From: Syntrophorhabdaceae bacterium
GTDB taxonomy: Bacteria > Desulfobacterota > Syntrophorhabdia > Syntrophorhabdales > Syntrophorhabdaceae
Assembly (NCBI GenBank): GCA_963665295.1
Contig: OY762209.1
Span: 5,280,001 to 5,344,000, forward strand
DNA: 64,000 nucleotides
Reading direction: 5' to 3'
The position numbers and the translations under genes are program-made. Each line of letters begins with the position of its first letter. Position 1 is the first letter of the stretch. The notes beneath the pieces were generated by a model. The model did no database searches and was not told the DNA's origin. It saw only the letters and a list, made by a program, of their open reading frames with translations. This document shows, piece after piece, positions 42,798 to 51,245 of the stretch.

Positions 42798-44390
42798 GTG
42801 CCGGCAGTAGATCACCATCGTTTCTGGCGATGGTTTAGAGATGACTTTCTGGGCATTGTACGTGAGATGCGTTGGAGCTACGTACCTCCCCTCATGATTT
42901 ATCTGGCGGCCGGTGTTTCGGGTTTTACCGGGATCGTCGAGAGTTTCTTTGTGAAGGAGAGCCTGGGGTTATCCGCTGCCTTCCTCGCAAGTCTGGCGTT
43001 CTGGGCGGGTCTCCCGTGGGCGTTAAAGATGCCTTTCGGCCACCTTGTCGATCTGTTCTGGCACAGAAAATCCTTCTTCGTCTACCTGGGCGCCGTCCTG
43101 ATGGCCGCAAGTCTCATAATCATGGTGGGACTCACGGGCTACAAGGAATTCATGGCAGCCATACTGCCGCCCGACGTGTGGTATATTATCTCTTCACTGG
43201 TCTCCCCCATCGGTTTCGTCCTCCAGGACGTGGTGGCCGACGCCATGACCGTCGAGGCTGTCCAACCCTACGACAAGGATGGTTCGCCTTTTCCGGAACA
43301 TGTGATTAAGCGTATGCACATCACCATGCAAACCCTTGGACGGATCGCCATCATAGGCGGAAGCGCCATCGTCGCGGGAATAGGCGGCTGGCTCGCCACG
43401 ACCATGTCGTACAAGACCATGTATGAGTTCTCCCTCATCATACCGGTAGTCTCCGTACTGGGAGCGGTGCTGGGCACGTGGAACCTCCGGAGACTGCGGG
43501 TCGAGTATAAGCGGGCGGGCCGTTCCGACAAGGAGATACGTAATCTCCTGCGCGCCGGGGAGGGTCCTCTGAAACCCAACTGGTACATACTCGGGGGCAG
43601 CGCCGCCTTCGTGGGGGCAAGCCTCTTCTTCGGCCTCTCGTCGTTTTCCGCAAAAAAGGAGATCATCTTCCTCGCCTCCCTGGGCACCATCTGTTACCTG
43701 ATGCACGAACTGTTGAAGGACCTCGATCCCTCCAAACGCCGCGACATCATCGGCATCGCGATCATCGTCTTCGTGTTCAGGGCCATGCCGAATATAGGGG
43801 CGGGAGCCAGTTGGTGGCAGATCGACGTACTCAAGTTCGACGAGGCATTTTTCGGCACCCTGCGCCAAGTCTCCTCCATACTGGCCATTGTGGGTATGTT
43901 CGCCCTCCGGGGCTGGATGACCCGGCGGCCCATCCCCTACCTCATTATTTTTCTCTCCCTTTACAGCACCTTGATGATCCTGCCCTTCATAGGCATGTAT
44001 TATAATCTCCACGAGTGGACCGAAAGGACATTCGGTTTCGGAGCGAGAACCATCGCCATCATCGACACCATGGCGGATTCCCCCCTCGGCCAGGTTGCCA
44101 TGATTCCTATGCTCGCCTGGATCGCCAGGGAGGCGCCCAACGACCGGAAAGCCACCTATTTCGCGGTCATGGCAGCCTTCACCAACCTCGCCCTCTCGGC
44201 GTCAAGTCTCGGGACTAATTACCTCAACGAAGTTTTCGTCATCGGGCGCGGCCGGTACGGCGAACTGGGGCACCTGATGATCACCGTGACCCTGATCGGT
44301 CTCGTACTCCCCGTTGCCACGGTCCTCATCGTTAATGCGGTAAAACGTTCCCGGTCTTCCGGCCGGGCCCCTTTACAAGGGCACCCATGA
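42798..44390 (+). CDS. MFS transporter, BT1 (folate/biopterin) like
   Basis: About 12 TM helices; LPWALK..FG...D, DVVADA motifs. Confidence 0.75.
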   Translation: MPAVDHHRFWRWFRDDFLGIVREMRWSYVPPLMIYLAAGVSGFTGIVESFFVKESLGLSAAFLASLAFWAGLPWALKMPFGHLVDLFWHRKSFFVYLGAVLMAASLIIMVGLTGYKEFMAAILPPDVWYIISSLVSPIGFVLQDVVADAMTVEAVQPYDKDGSPFPEHVIKRMHITMQTLGRIAIIGGSAIVAGIGGWLATTMSYKTMYEFSLIIPVVSVLGAVLGTWNLRRLRVEYKRAGRSDKEIRNLLRAGEGPLKPNWYILGGSAAFVGASLFFGLSSFSAKKEIIFLASLGTICYLMHELLKDLDPSKRRDIIGIAIIVFVFRAMPNIGAGASWWQIDVLKFDEAFFGTLRQVSSILAIVGMFALRGWMTRRPIPYLIIFLSLYSTLMILPFIGMYYNLHEWTERTFGFGARTIAIIDTMADSPLGQVAMIPMLAWIAREAPNDRKATYFAVMAAFTNLALSASSLGTNYLNEVFVIGRGRYGELGHLMITVTLIGLVLPVATVLIVNAVKRSRSSGRAPLQGHP

Positions 44391-44925
44391 TGTCCACACC
44401 GCAATCAGGCTGTCACGTGTCGGTTGACCTCGCCTTCTTCCCATGGGGTGTGCTCTTTCCGCACTGAGGGCGTGTTTCACGACGGCTCCGGCGTATCAGC
44501 GTCACACCGGGGATAATATGCCATCTCAGAAACAGTACGGCAGCAGTGGCAACCAACGCCGGGAAGGCTATCCTCGATAATAGGGCAAATAACTCCTTAA
44601 TCAGATTTTCCAATATGGTCCCGGCCTCTCTTCGGGCTCCGTCCCCCGGGCTTTAAGGCGGGATGACGCTCCAACGCTCCATCCGGGCCCTGGTGGGGGC
44701 GGCCCTCCGTTACATCGAATAAATGTATATTCCATCGACGGCTGCCGGGGATGTGATCACTGTCACGACCCTGTCCGTCCGAATACGCGACCGCCGGAAC
44801 GGACGCACCGGTACACGGACACGGGAGATTGCCGTTGAAAGTGTTTCATGAAGACAAAAGCCCGGCAAAGTAAATTTCTATTTTTTAAAAGACTTGGTAG
44901 TGGGTCAGTTTGATTTTTTTCCATA

Positions 44926-44954
44926 TTGATATGCTTAAGCGGTCATGCTAGACT
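44926..44954 (+). promoter_or_regulatory. sigma70 promoter, apparently leaderless, for the small basic gene of element A
   Basis: TTGATA-17-TAGACT with extended TG, 6 nt before ATG 44961, no RBS. Confidence 0.6.
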
Positions 44955-44960
44955 TATGAC

Positions 44961-45233
44961 ATGGCAAAGAAAAGACCGACAGACATAAACTTACTCGCTC
45001 GACAGATCGTAGAGGAAGCCATAGGAGAACCGCTTATAGATAAGGTCCAAGAACCTACCGAAGAAACCCCGACACAGGAACCAGTCAAAGAGAAGAACGC
45101 CGCCGCTGTTGCCCTTGGTAGATTGGGAGGATTGAAGGGGGGCAAGGCACGGGCAGAACGACTTACCCCCGAACAGAGGAAGGAGATCGCTAAGAAAGCG
45201 GCTGCGTCTCGCTGGACAAAGAAAGATCACTGA
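44961..45233 (+). CDS. Small basic protein with GGKARA..LTPEQR.EIA.KAA..RW motif (putative DNA-binding regulator of the element)
   Basis: 90 aa; homologous to 48247-48492 and to the N-terminus of 45190-46239. Confidence 0.8.
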   Translation: MAKKRPTDINLLARQIVEEAIGEPLIDKVQEPTEETPTQEPVKEKNAAAVALGRLGGLKGGKARAERLTPEQRKEIAKKAAASRWTKKDH

Positions 45234-46239
45234 ATAGTGGTAAGTCTTTGAGTTTAGTATATCTCGGATATGCTCTATCTAACATTACTTTGAATTGTTC
45301 CCATCCCTTGTCTTCTGCTATACGCATCAAGCCTATAACTGCGTATAAATGTTGCGCTAATGCTGGATGGCCTACGTCCTCGGTCAAAAATTGATGGTGT
45401 TTAACTTTCCTGTAGCCCTTATCGTTTTTAGGATTCTTTCTTTCCAGTTCTTCCAGAAGACCAGGAGTAAGGCGACTATAGACTATATCATTCGTGTATT
45501 TGGCTACTATTTGAGGGGGATTAACCTTAAGTCCTTTCCACTCCCATCCCCGTAGTCTAAATATCTCTTTATAGAATTCAAGCGGGAACTTTCTTGCCCA
45601 CGCTGCGAATTCTTTTCTTAAGAACCGATCAAGTATTGCCTGTAATGCTTGACGATCTCTTACGTCTTGGTATCCGGTAGCTTCATCAACGAGGGCAATA
45701 ATACCTACAGTGGCAAGACCCCTAATAAGGATTCTACATTTTTGAGCGATGTGTTTCTGCGTGGCGGTAAGAACACCCGCTTCATCAGCATCAATAAATA
45801 CTCCACATACTTGAGGAAGCAATTCAGCCTTGTAGCCGATAAACTGCGTGTTTTTGTGTTGAAAAATAATGGGAGATGAATTCTCCTTTAAGTCATCAGG
45901 AATATAGGCCTTTATATTATTTGCAGTTAGAAAAACAGGCAGTTTGAATTCATCGTCGTAGGCCCTACCACCCTTAGCTTTCCCCTTTCTGCCTATGGCC
46001 TTAACAAAGGTCGCTCGTGTTAATACTCTCGTGCCATCTTCAAGAACTGCCGCCTTGAATTCTGCGTTGCCTACTTTTAATTCATTGAAATATTCTGTGG
46101 TAAGTACCTTTCCTTCTATGCCAGATTTAGCCCATCGCTTTTGTACTGCCTTCCTCGCTATCTCACTTCTTTGCTCAGGAGTCAATTTGGCCGCTCTTGC
46201 AAAACCACCTTTGGCTTTTCCAGAAGCTTCATCGTCCAT
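45190..46239 (-). CDS. P63C-domain protein (phage-type) with N-terminal GG.ARA.KLTPEQR.EIA motif
   Basis: VGIIALVDEATGYQ, W..KFP.EFYKEIFRL.GW, TNDIVY.RL, HQFLT.DVG; AAGGAG RBS. Confidence 0.85.
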   Translation of the reverse strand: MDDEASGKAKGGFARAAKLTPEQRSEIARKAVQKRWAKSGIEGKVLTTEYFNELKVGNAEFKAAVLEDGTRVLTRATFVKAIGRKGKAKGGRAYDDEFKLPVFLTANNIKAYIPDDLKENSSPIIFQHKNTQFIGYKAELLPQVCGVFIDADEAGVLTATQKHIAQKCRILIRGLATVGIIALVDEATGYQDVRDRQALQAILDRFLRKEFAAWARKFPLEFYKEIFRLRGWEWKGLKVNPPQIVAKYTNDIVYSRLTPGLLEELERKNPKNDKGYRKVKHHQFLTEDVGHPALAQHLYAVIGLMRIAEDKGWEQFKVMLDRAYPRYTKLKDLPLFSDLSLSSETQPLS

Positions 46240-46334
46240 ACTTGCATTCTCCTTAGTTTTAATACTTGCATTTTATCTTAAAACAACTTTATAATGCAAG
46301 TATTATTTGATGGCAAAAAAGAAACATACTTGCA
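46238..46334. repeat. Four copies of ATACTTGCA (one inverted) in the divergent P63C/transposase region
   Basis: 46238-46246, 46262-46270, 46295-46303 (TGCAAGTAT), 46326-46334. Confidence 0.8.
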
Positions 46335-46342
46335 AAAAAGAC

Positions 46343-46372
46343 TTGACATGCTTAACCGCTCAAGCATATAAT
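46343..46372 (+). promoter_or_regulatory. Consensus sigma70 promoter of transposase A with palindromic spacer
   Basis: TTGACA-18-TATAAT, ATG 6 nt downstream; spacer TGCTT-N8-AAGCA. Confidence 0.75.
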
Positions 46373-46378
46373 GTAAAT

Positions 46379-47209
46379 ATGAACAGGTTAGACAGAAAAA
46401 GACAGGCACAGGTGATAGCGGCATTAGTTGAGGGTAATTCTATCCGTGCTACTGTCAGAATGACCGGCGTAGCCAAGAATACCATTGTTAAGCTCCTTGC
46501 CGATATAGGTAGGGCGTGTGCGGAATACCAGGACAAGACCCTGCGCAACTTACCCTGTACCAAAATCCAATGTGACGAGATATGGTCTTTCTGCTATTCC
46601 AAGGAAAAGAACATACCTGAAGACAAGAAAGGTCGCTTTGGATATGGCGATGTATGGACCTGGACGGCATTAGACCCCGATACTAAGCCCATGGTATCAT
46701 GGTTGGTTGCAGATCGCAGCGCAGGGGCCGCCATGGAGTTTATGACCGATCTTTCAGAGAGACTAAGCAACAAGATTCAGCTTACCACGGATGGTTACAG
46801 GATATATCTCAACGCCGTTGAAAGCGCCTTCAGAGGCAACATTGATTATGCCATGCTCGTCAAGATATATGGCAACGACTCGGAAGGTGAAAAGAGATAT
46901 AGTCCCGCCGCTTGTAGAGGCTCGGAAAAGATTGTTGTATGTGGTAAGCCTGATATGCAGCATGTTTCAACAAGCCATGCAGAGAGGCAAAACCTTACGA
47001 TGCGTATGAGCATGAGAAGGTTCACGAGACTCACGAACGGCTTTTCAAAGAAGGTCGAGAATCACAGCCACGCAATATCACTCTATTTCATGTACTATAA
47101 CTTCTGCCGGATTCACCAGACGTTAAGGGTGACACCCGCAATGGCAGCAGGGATAACAGATCATGTATGGGATATTAAAGATATAATAAGTCTTATGTCT
47201 CAAAAATAA
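46379..47209 (+). CDS. IS1-family DDE transposase
   Basis: N-terminal HTH; CDEIW, TTDG, ERQNLTMRM..RRFTR...FSK, YNF. Confidence 0.88.
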   Translation: MNRLDRKRQAQVIAALVEGNSIRATVRMTGVAKNTIVKLLADIGRACAEYQDKTLRNLPCTKIQCDEIWSFCYSKEKNIPEDKKGRFGYGDVWTWTALDPDTKPMVSWLVADRSAGAAMEFMTDLSERLSNKIQLTTDGYRIYLNAVESAFRGNIDYAMLVKIYGNDSEGEKRYSPAACRGSEKIVVCGKPDMQHVSTSHAERQNLTMRMSMRRFTRLTNGFSKKVENHSHAISLYFMYYNFCRIHQTLRVTPAMAAGITDHVWDIKDIISLMSQK

Positions 47210-47291
47210 GGAGCATTTCTTGAGACTATTGTTGTTAACGTACCCACTTGACAGATTAGAACAAGTGTGCTACTGTTCGATATAGAACTAA

Positions 47292-48065
47292 ATGAGGCAA
47301 ATAAGAGCAAAAAAGGATGGGCTAGATATCCAAGGCAAGAATGGTGGATTCCATGGCGTTAACCGTGCCGACCACGAGTTGAGACAGTTGATACAGAGTT
47401 GGGAGAACAGGTTGACCCTCGAAAGCCTGTCCTTCATCGAACAATACATTGAAGGCAGGCTTTCCATAATTTGTGATCTTTACCGCGCCACTGAAAGATA
47501 TCGCGTTGAGCTTTTTGCCTTGGGGAACGGCAAGAGTAGTGCCATAAAAGGCGTTCCCGTTTTCATCGATCATGTCTACCCCAGTCAGACCTGCAATGGT
47601 CAGTACGGGGACAAGCAACTTGTGTTTGTCCATGATATCGATTTGGTGGAGGGAATACAAGGCGTCGTTCCCTCCTGGATAAGGCTTAATAGTATCGACA
47701 ATGAGGCCAATAATAGCGGCGGGCAAAGGCTGTTCTTTTCTACCATCCAGGGTTGCTACAAGCTCGTCCCTAGTCTTCCTAAACGGGAACTTCGTATATT
47801 GGGTGGGAGTTTGTCCCGCAATAGTTACCACTTCCCAAAACATCAGATCAAGAGAGGATCGGAGGTTATGGACAATATCTCCCATTACCAATGGAATGGT
47901 TATGGGAAGAGATTTAGTCATCTCAAGCTGTATAACATGCTGTCTAGTGTTAGAATCTTCCTCGACGCTAAGACGGCAAAAATCTTCCTTGGAAAAGAAG
48001 GCAAGGACGGTTACCAACTCGGAGATATGCTGGTTGGCCCTTTCGATCTTGAGGCGCGCTCCTGA
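47292..48065 (+). CDS. Hypothetical protein antisense to 47322-48080 (may instead be an antisense transcript)
   Basis: 257 open codons in low-GC DNA; upstream TTGACA-17-TACTGT promoter at 47248-47276. Confidence 0.35.
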   Translation: MRQIRAKKDGLDIQGKNGGFHGVNRADHELRQLIQSWENRLTLESLSFIEQYIEGRLSIICDLYRATERYRVELFALGNGKSSAIKGVPVFIDHVYPSQTCNGQYGDKQLVFVHDIDLVEGIQGVVPSWIRLNSIDNEANNSGGQRLFFSTIQGCYKLVPSLPKRELRILGGSLSRNSYHFPKHQIKRGSEVMDNISHYQWNGYGKRFSHLKLYNMLSSVRIFLDAKTAKIFLGKEGKDGYQLGDMLVGPFDLEARS

Positions 48066-48080
48066 AAATAGAGGACTCAT
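47322..48080 (-). CDS. Hypothetical cargo protein, possibly HEPN-like
   Basis: 252 aa; KIERA..HI, GD.VHNLRSSLD, FP, L..LH..D..DKH motifs; TTTACA-17-TAATAT 8 nt before the ATG. Confidence 0.7.
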   Translation of the reverse strand: MSPLFSGARLKIERANQHISELVTVLAFFSKEDFCRLSVEEDSNTRQHVIQLEMTKSLPITIPLVMGDIVHNLRSSLDLMFWEVVTIAGQTPTQYTKFPFRKTRDELVATLDGRKEQPLPAAIIGLIVDTIKPYPGGNDALYSLHQIDIMDKHKLLVPVLTIAGLTGVDMIDENGNAFYGTTLAVPQGKKLNAISFSGAVKITNYGKPAFNVLFDEGQAFEGQPVLPTLYQLSQLVVGTVNAMESTILALDI

Positions 48081-48246
48081 ATAAGAGGATATTATCGTTT
48101 ATTTTGGCTTTTGTAAAACAGTTTCGCAAAAGCTTATCTTCTTTTTCAAACTGACCCACTACCAAAGACTTGGTAGTGTCTCAGTTTCACGCAGCCCTCT
48201 CTTGACAAAAGGGTGAAAAAAGATAGCAGCCATGATATACTTAGAT

Positions 48247-48492
48247 ATGCCCAAGGGACCGCAAGGACAGAAACGACCCGCCGATGTAATAGGCAATGCT
48301 ATAACGGTTGCCAGAATCGCCACAGGGGAAATTGAGGAAACTACCGATGGCAAGGATTATGCGCGCGAAGGTGGGCAGAAGGGGGGAAAAGCGAGAGCAG
48401 AGAAACTTACTCCCGAGCAGAGATCCGAGATAGCGAAAAGGGCAGCGGAGATAAGATGGGCAGCGAAGGCGGGGGTTAAGGGTGAACGATAA
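48247..48492 (+). CDS. Small basic protein with GGKARAEKLTPEQRSEIAKRAA..RW motif
   Basis: MPKGPQGQKRPADV...; extended -10 TGaTATACT 5 nt before the ATG; paralogue of 44961-45233. Confidence 0.8.
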   Translation: MPKGPQGQKRPADVIGNAITVARIATGEIEETTDGKDYAREGGQKGGKARAEKLTPEQRSEIAKRAAEIRWAAKAGVKGER

Positions 48493-48499
48493 GTTTTTG

Positions 48500-49414
48500 C
48501 TATTGCAGACTTTGGTGTTTAACGAAAGCGACTCCGTTATGATTTTCGATCATCTTGTATGCATCAGTGTTCATTAGACTATGCATGAAGCAATGATGTA
48601 CTGTTAAAATTAGGTCTTGTAGATCGTTGTCGTCTTCTATCCTATCAACACATAATCCAATATCCTCACATTCTTCCATGTGCAGATGTCTTCCGTGAGT
48701 TTTGTTTAGTTGTGGGTCTGATAAACTTTTCGCGATAGCTTTAGCCTTTTTCTTGGCATCCGGTTCCCCGGCAAACATTATTTCTTCAAGTTGATCCTGG
48801 ACAAATTTATTTGACCATTCTATTGCCTTTTCGCATTGGCCTAAAAAGGTAGGCCTGTATTGGCCTATAATGGATACCCATAATGGAATCTTGTCCGGGT
48901 CTTTCTTGCATTCTTTGTAAGCCCTTTTGAACTCTTCAAGAACTCCATAGGCGGGGACCCCTCGCAGATGTGGATCAATAGGCCCTAGATTTGAATGTTC
49001 TGTCATTAGTATTCTCTTACACGAACAGGCAATCATGGTCCCCGCCGACATAGCTATTTGGGGGACAATTGCCCTGACATCGTTCTTGAACATCTTATGT
49101 AAATAATTAACGATCGATTGGGTAGCGGCAATACTACCGCCTTCGGTATGGAGAATAAGGTCAAGCCCCTTGGCTCTGTCCAATTGATGAACCGCCATCA
49201 TAAATCCATTCTTGTCTTCATCGTTGATGTCGGATTGGGCAACATTTGGCTTGGATAAAAAAGCTGAATAGTACGCGATTATATTTCGATTGGTCTTTTC
49301 GTGAAGCTTCTTTAAGTAGTCTCGACGGACAATATCCACAGCGCCTTGTGATTGGCTGTGAAGTTGAGCCTGTGTTATTTGAATTTCTTTAAGAATGTCG
49401 TTCCAATTTGGCAT
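48500..49414 (-). CDS. SDH/S49-like ClpP-fold serine protease
   Basis: LDLILHT.GG, AMSAGTMIA (catalytic Ser), LGPIDP, HGRH. Confidence 0.85.
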   Translation of the reverse strand: MPNWNDILKEIQITQAQLHSQSQGAVDIVRRDYLKKLHEKTNRNIIAYYSAFLSKPNVAQSDINDEDKNGFMMAVHQLDRAKGLDLILHTEGGSIAATQSIVNYLHKMFKNDVRAIVPQIAMSAGTMIACSCKRILMTEHSNLGPIDPHLRGVPAYGVLEEFKRAYKECKKDPDKIPLWVSIIGQYRPTFLGQCEKAIEWSNKFVQDQLEEIMFAGEPDAKKKAKAIAKSLSDPQLNKTHGRHLHMEECEDIGLCVDRIEDDNDLQDLILTVHHCFMHSLMNTDAYKMIENHNGVAFVKHQSLQ

Positions 49415-49417
49415 TCG

Positions 49418-49597
49418 CTATATCGGCTTTTCGTATGCTCCATATGTTGTTACACTATTTACGATCTTTCGAGCGTGAGGCTGCTCCAACGAATAATCAT
49501 CTGTACCGTGTGTTGTAAAGGGTTTCACTACAATCTCTAGGTACTGAGATTCTATGGATTTCTTTAGCTGCGAAGGTTTTTCTTTCTTTTCTGCCAT
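49418..49597 (-). CDS. Small hypothetical protein (59 aa) coupled to the protease
   Basis: GAGGAGGTG RBS before ATG 49597; stop 3 nt before the protease start. Confidence 0.6.
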   Translation of the reverse strand: MAEKKEKPSQLKKSIESQYLEIVVKPFTTHGTDDYSLEQPHARKIVNSVTTYGAYEKPI

Positions 49598-49689
49598 CAA
49601 TACACCTCCTCTTATCGTGAGGCACTCTTCAAAGCAAGTATAGCACGTTTTTGCTGAAAGAGAAAGAAAGTTTAAACTGCAAATAATGC

Positions 49690-49718
49690 TTGACACCTAA
49701 GCATAAAGTTCATATACT
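49690..49718 (+). promoter_or_regulatory. sigma70 promoter of transposase B with overlapping palindrome
   Basis: TTGACA-17-TATACT, ATG 6 nt downstream; ATGCTT-N7-AAGCAT over the -35. Confidence 0.75.
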
Positions 49719-49724
49719 TACAAT

Positions 49725-50549
49725 ATGAACAAGCTGCCAATATCGAAAAGAGTTCAAATCCTTCAGATGCTTTGCGAGGGATCGTCTATGAGGTCCATAT
49801 CAAGGGTGGCCGACGTATCTATCAACACGGTAACAAAATTGCTAGTGGATGCAGGAAAAGTATGTGCTTCGTATCAAGACAAGACGCTCCGTGGCTTGGC
49901 CTGCAAAAGAGTACAGTGCGATGAAATATGGTCGTTTTGTTACTCAAAAGAGAAAAACATACCTGAAGACAAGAAAGGTCGCTTCGGTTACGGTGATGTA
50001 TGGACCTGGACGGCGTTAGACCCCGATACAAAGCTCATGGTATCATGGTTGGTTGCAGATCGTAGCGCAGGGGCCGCCATGGAGTTTATGACCGATCTTT
50101 CAGAGAGACTAAGCAATAAGATTCAGCTTACCACGGATGGTTACAGGATATATCTCAACGCCGTTGAAAGCGCCTTCAGAGGCAACATTGATTATGCCAT
50201 GCTCGTCAAGCTGTATGGCAATGACTCCGAGGGCGAAAAGAGATATAGCCCCGCTAAATGCCTTGGAGCGGAGAAGTCGATTATATGTGGGTCACCCGAC
50301 AAAAACCATATATCCACAAGCTATGTGGAGAGACAGAACCTTACCATGAGAATGAATATGAGGCGGTTTACAAGACTGACTAATGGTTTCTCAAAGAAAG
50401 TCGAGAATCATTGTCATGCCCTCGCCCTCTATTTCATGGCATATAATTTTGTAAGGATTCACAAAACACTGAGAGTCACGCCCGCAATGGCGGCAGGGGT
50501 GACAGATCATGTATGGGAAATAAAGGATATCATTAGTTTAATTGAGTAA
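49725..50549 (+). CDS. IS1-family DDE transposase
   Basis: Same motifs as 46379-47209 (CDEIW, TTDG, ERQNLTMR, FSKK). Confidence 0.88.
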   Translation: MNKLPISKRVQILQMLCEGSSMRSISRVADVSINTVTKLLVDAGKVCASYQDKTLRGLACKRVQCDEIWSFCYSKEKNIPEDKKGRFGYGDVWTWTALDPDTKLMVSWLVADRSAGAAMEFMTDLSERLSNKIQLTTDGYRIYLNAVESAFRGNIDYAMLVKLYGNDSEGEKRYSPAKCLGAEKSIICGSPDKNHISTSYVERQNLTMRMNMRRFTRLTNGFSKKVENHCHALALYFMAYNFVRIHKTLRVTPAMAAGVTDHVWEIKDIISLIE

Positions 50550-50648
50550 ATTTTCACATTTACCTTGACTTGCAACCCCTCCCATGCAAATATTAGTTAA
50601 TGAGTGGCTCCGATGGACGATAATACGTCAAAAGGAGGGTAGGCCATT

Positions 50649-51092
50649 ATGCCAAATTATACTGCTTCCGATATAGCCAATTATTTTCTTTTCAAAGCTC
50701 AAGAGGAAGACCAAGAATTATTATCGAATTTAAAACTTCAGAAACTCGTTTATTATGCTCAAGGACTTCATCTTGCGATTTACGGTGGGCCTCTTTTTGA
50801 TGATAGAATAGAAGCGTGGCAATATGGTCCTGTAATACCCAGCTTATATCATGAATACAAACATTATGGGGCTAGCGGAATCCCTGCCCTAGACAGTTAT
50901 GATCCTCCCATTATCGATGCTGAGACGATTGATTTCTTAGATGAAGTCTATGAGTTTATGGGGCAGTATTCGGCTATTCGTCTGATGGAAATGGCCCATT
51001 CTGATGATTGTTGGATAGACGCTGGAATAGGTAATATAATTACTTGTGATGCCATGAAAAATGACCTAAAAAAGTACCTCAAGGATGAGTAG
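50649..51092 (+). CDS. Panacea (DUF4065/SocA) antitoxin
   Basis: LSNLKLQKLVYYAQG, IEAWQYGPV, L.EMAH...W; AGGAGG RBS. Confidence 0.9.
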   Translation: MPNYTASDIANYFLFKAQEEDQELLSNLKLQKLVYYAQGLHLAIYGGPLFDDRIEAWQYGPVIPSLYHEYKHYGASGIPALDSYDPPIIDAETIDFLDEVYEFMGQYSAIRLMEMAHSDDCWIDAGIGNIITCDAMKNDLKKYLKDE

Positions 51093-51245
51093 ACATCTAA
51101 AAAAATCGCAATCGAAAAGTACTAACCGTTTTCAAGATACAAAGATACCTCCTTCAAAAAACTACGATTTGGAAAAGCCAGTTTTTTCACTGAGACATAT
51201 CGGAACGTGTCAATGAAAATGAGACACTTCCATCAGATATTTAGT

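Larger units (their letters stand above)
44896..48163 (+). mobile_element. IS1-family cargo-carrying element A (3268 bp)
   Basis: Perfect 18-bp TIRs GGTAGTGGGTCAGTTTGA (44896-44913 / 48146-48163); 8-bp direct repeats AAAGACTT (44888-44895, 48164-48171); DDE transposase inside. Confidence 0.9.

Noticed and set aside
44413..44613. 66-aa hydrophobic ORF
   Set aside because: Could be a small membrane protein, but there is no recognisable family or strong RBS, so it was not called.
46307..46378. N-terminal extension of transposase A in the ORF track
   Set aside because: It runs through the promoter; alignment with transposase B puts the start at 46379.
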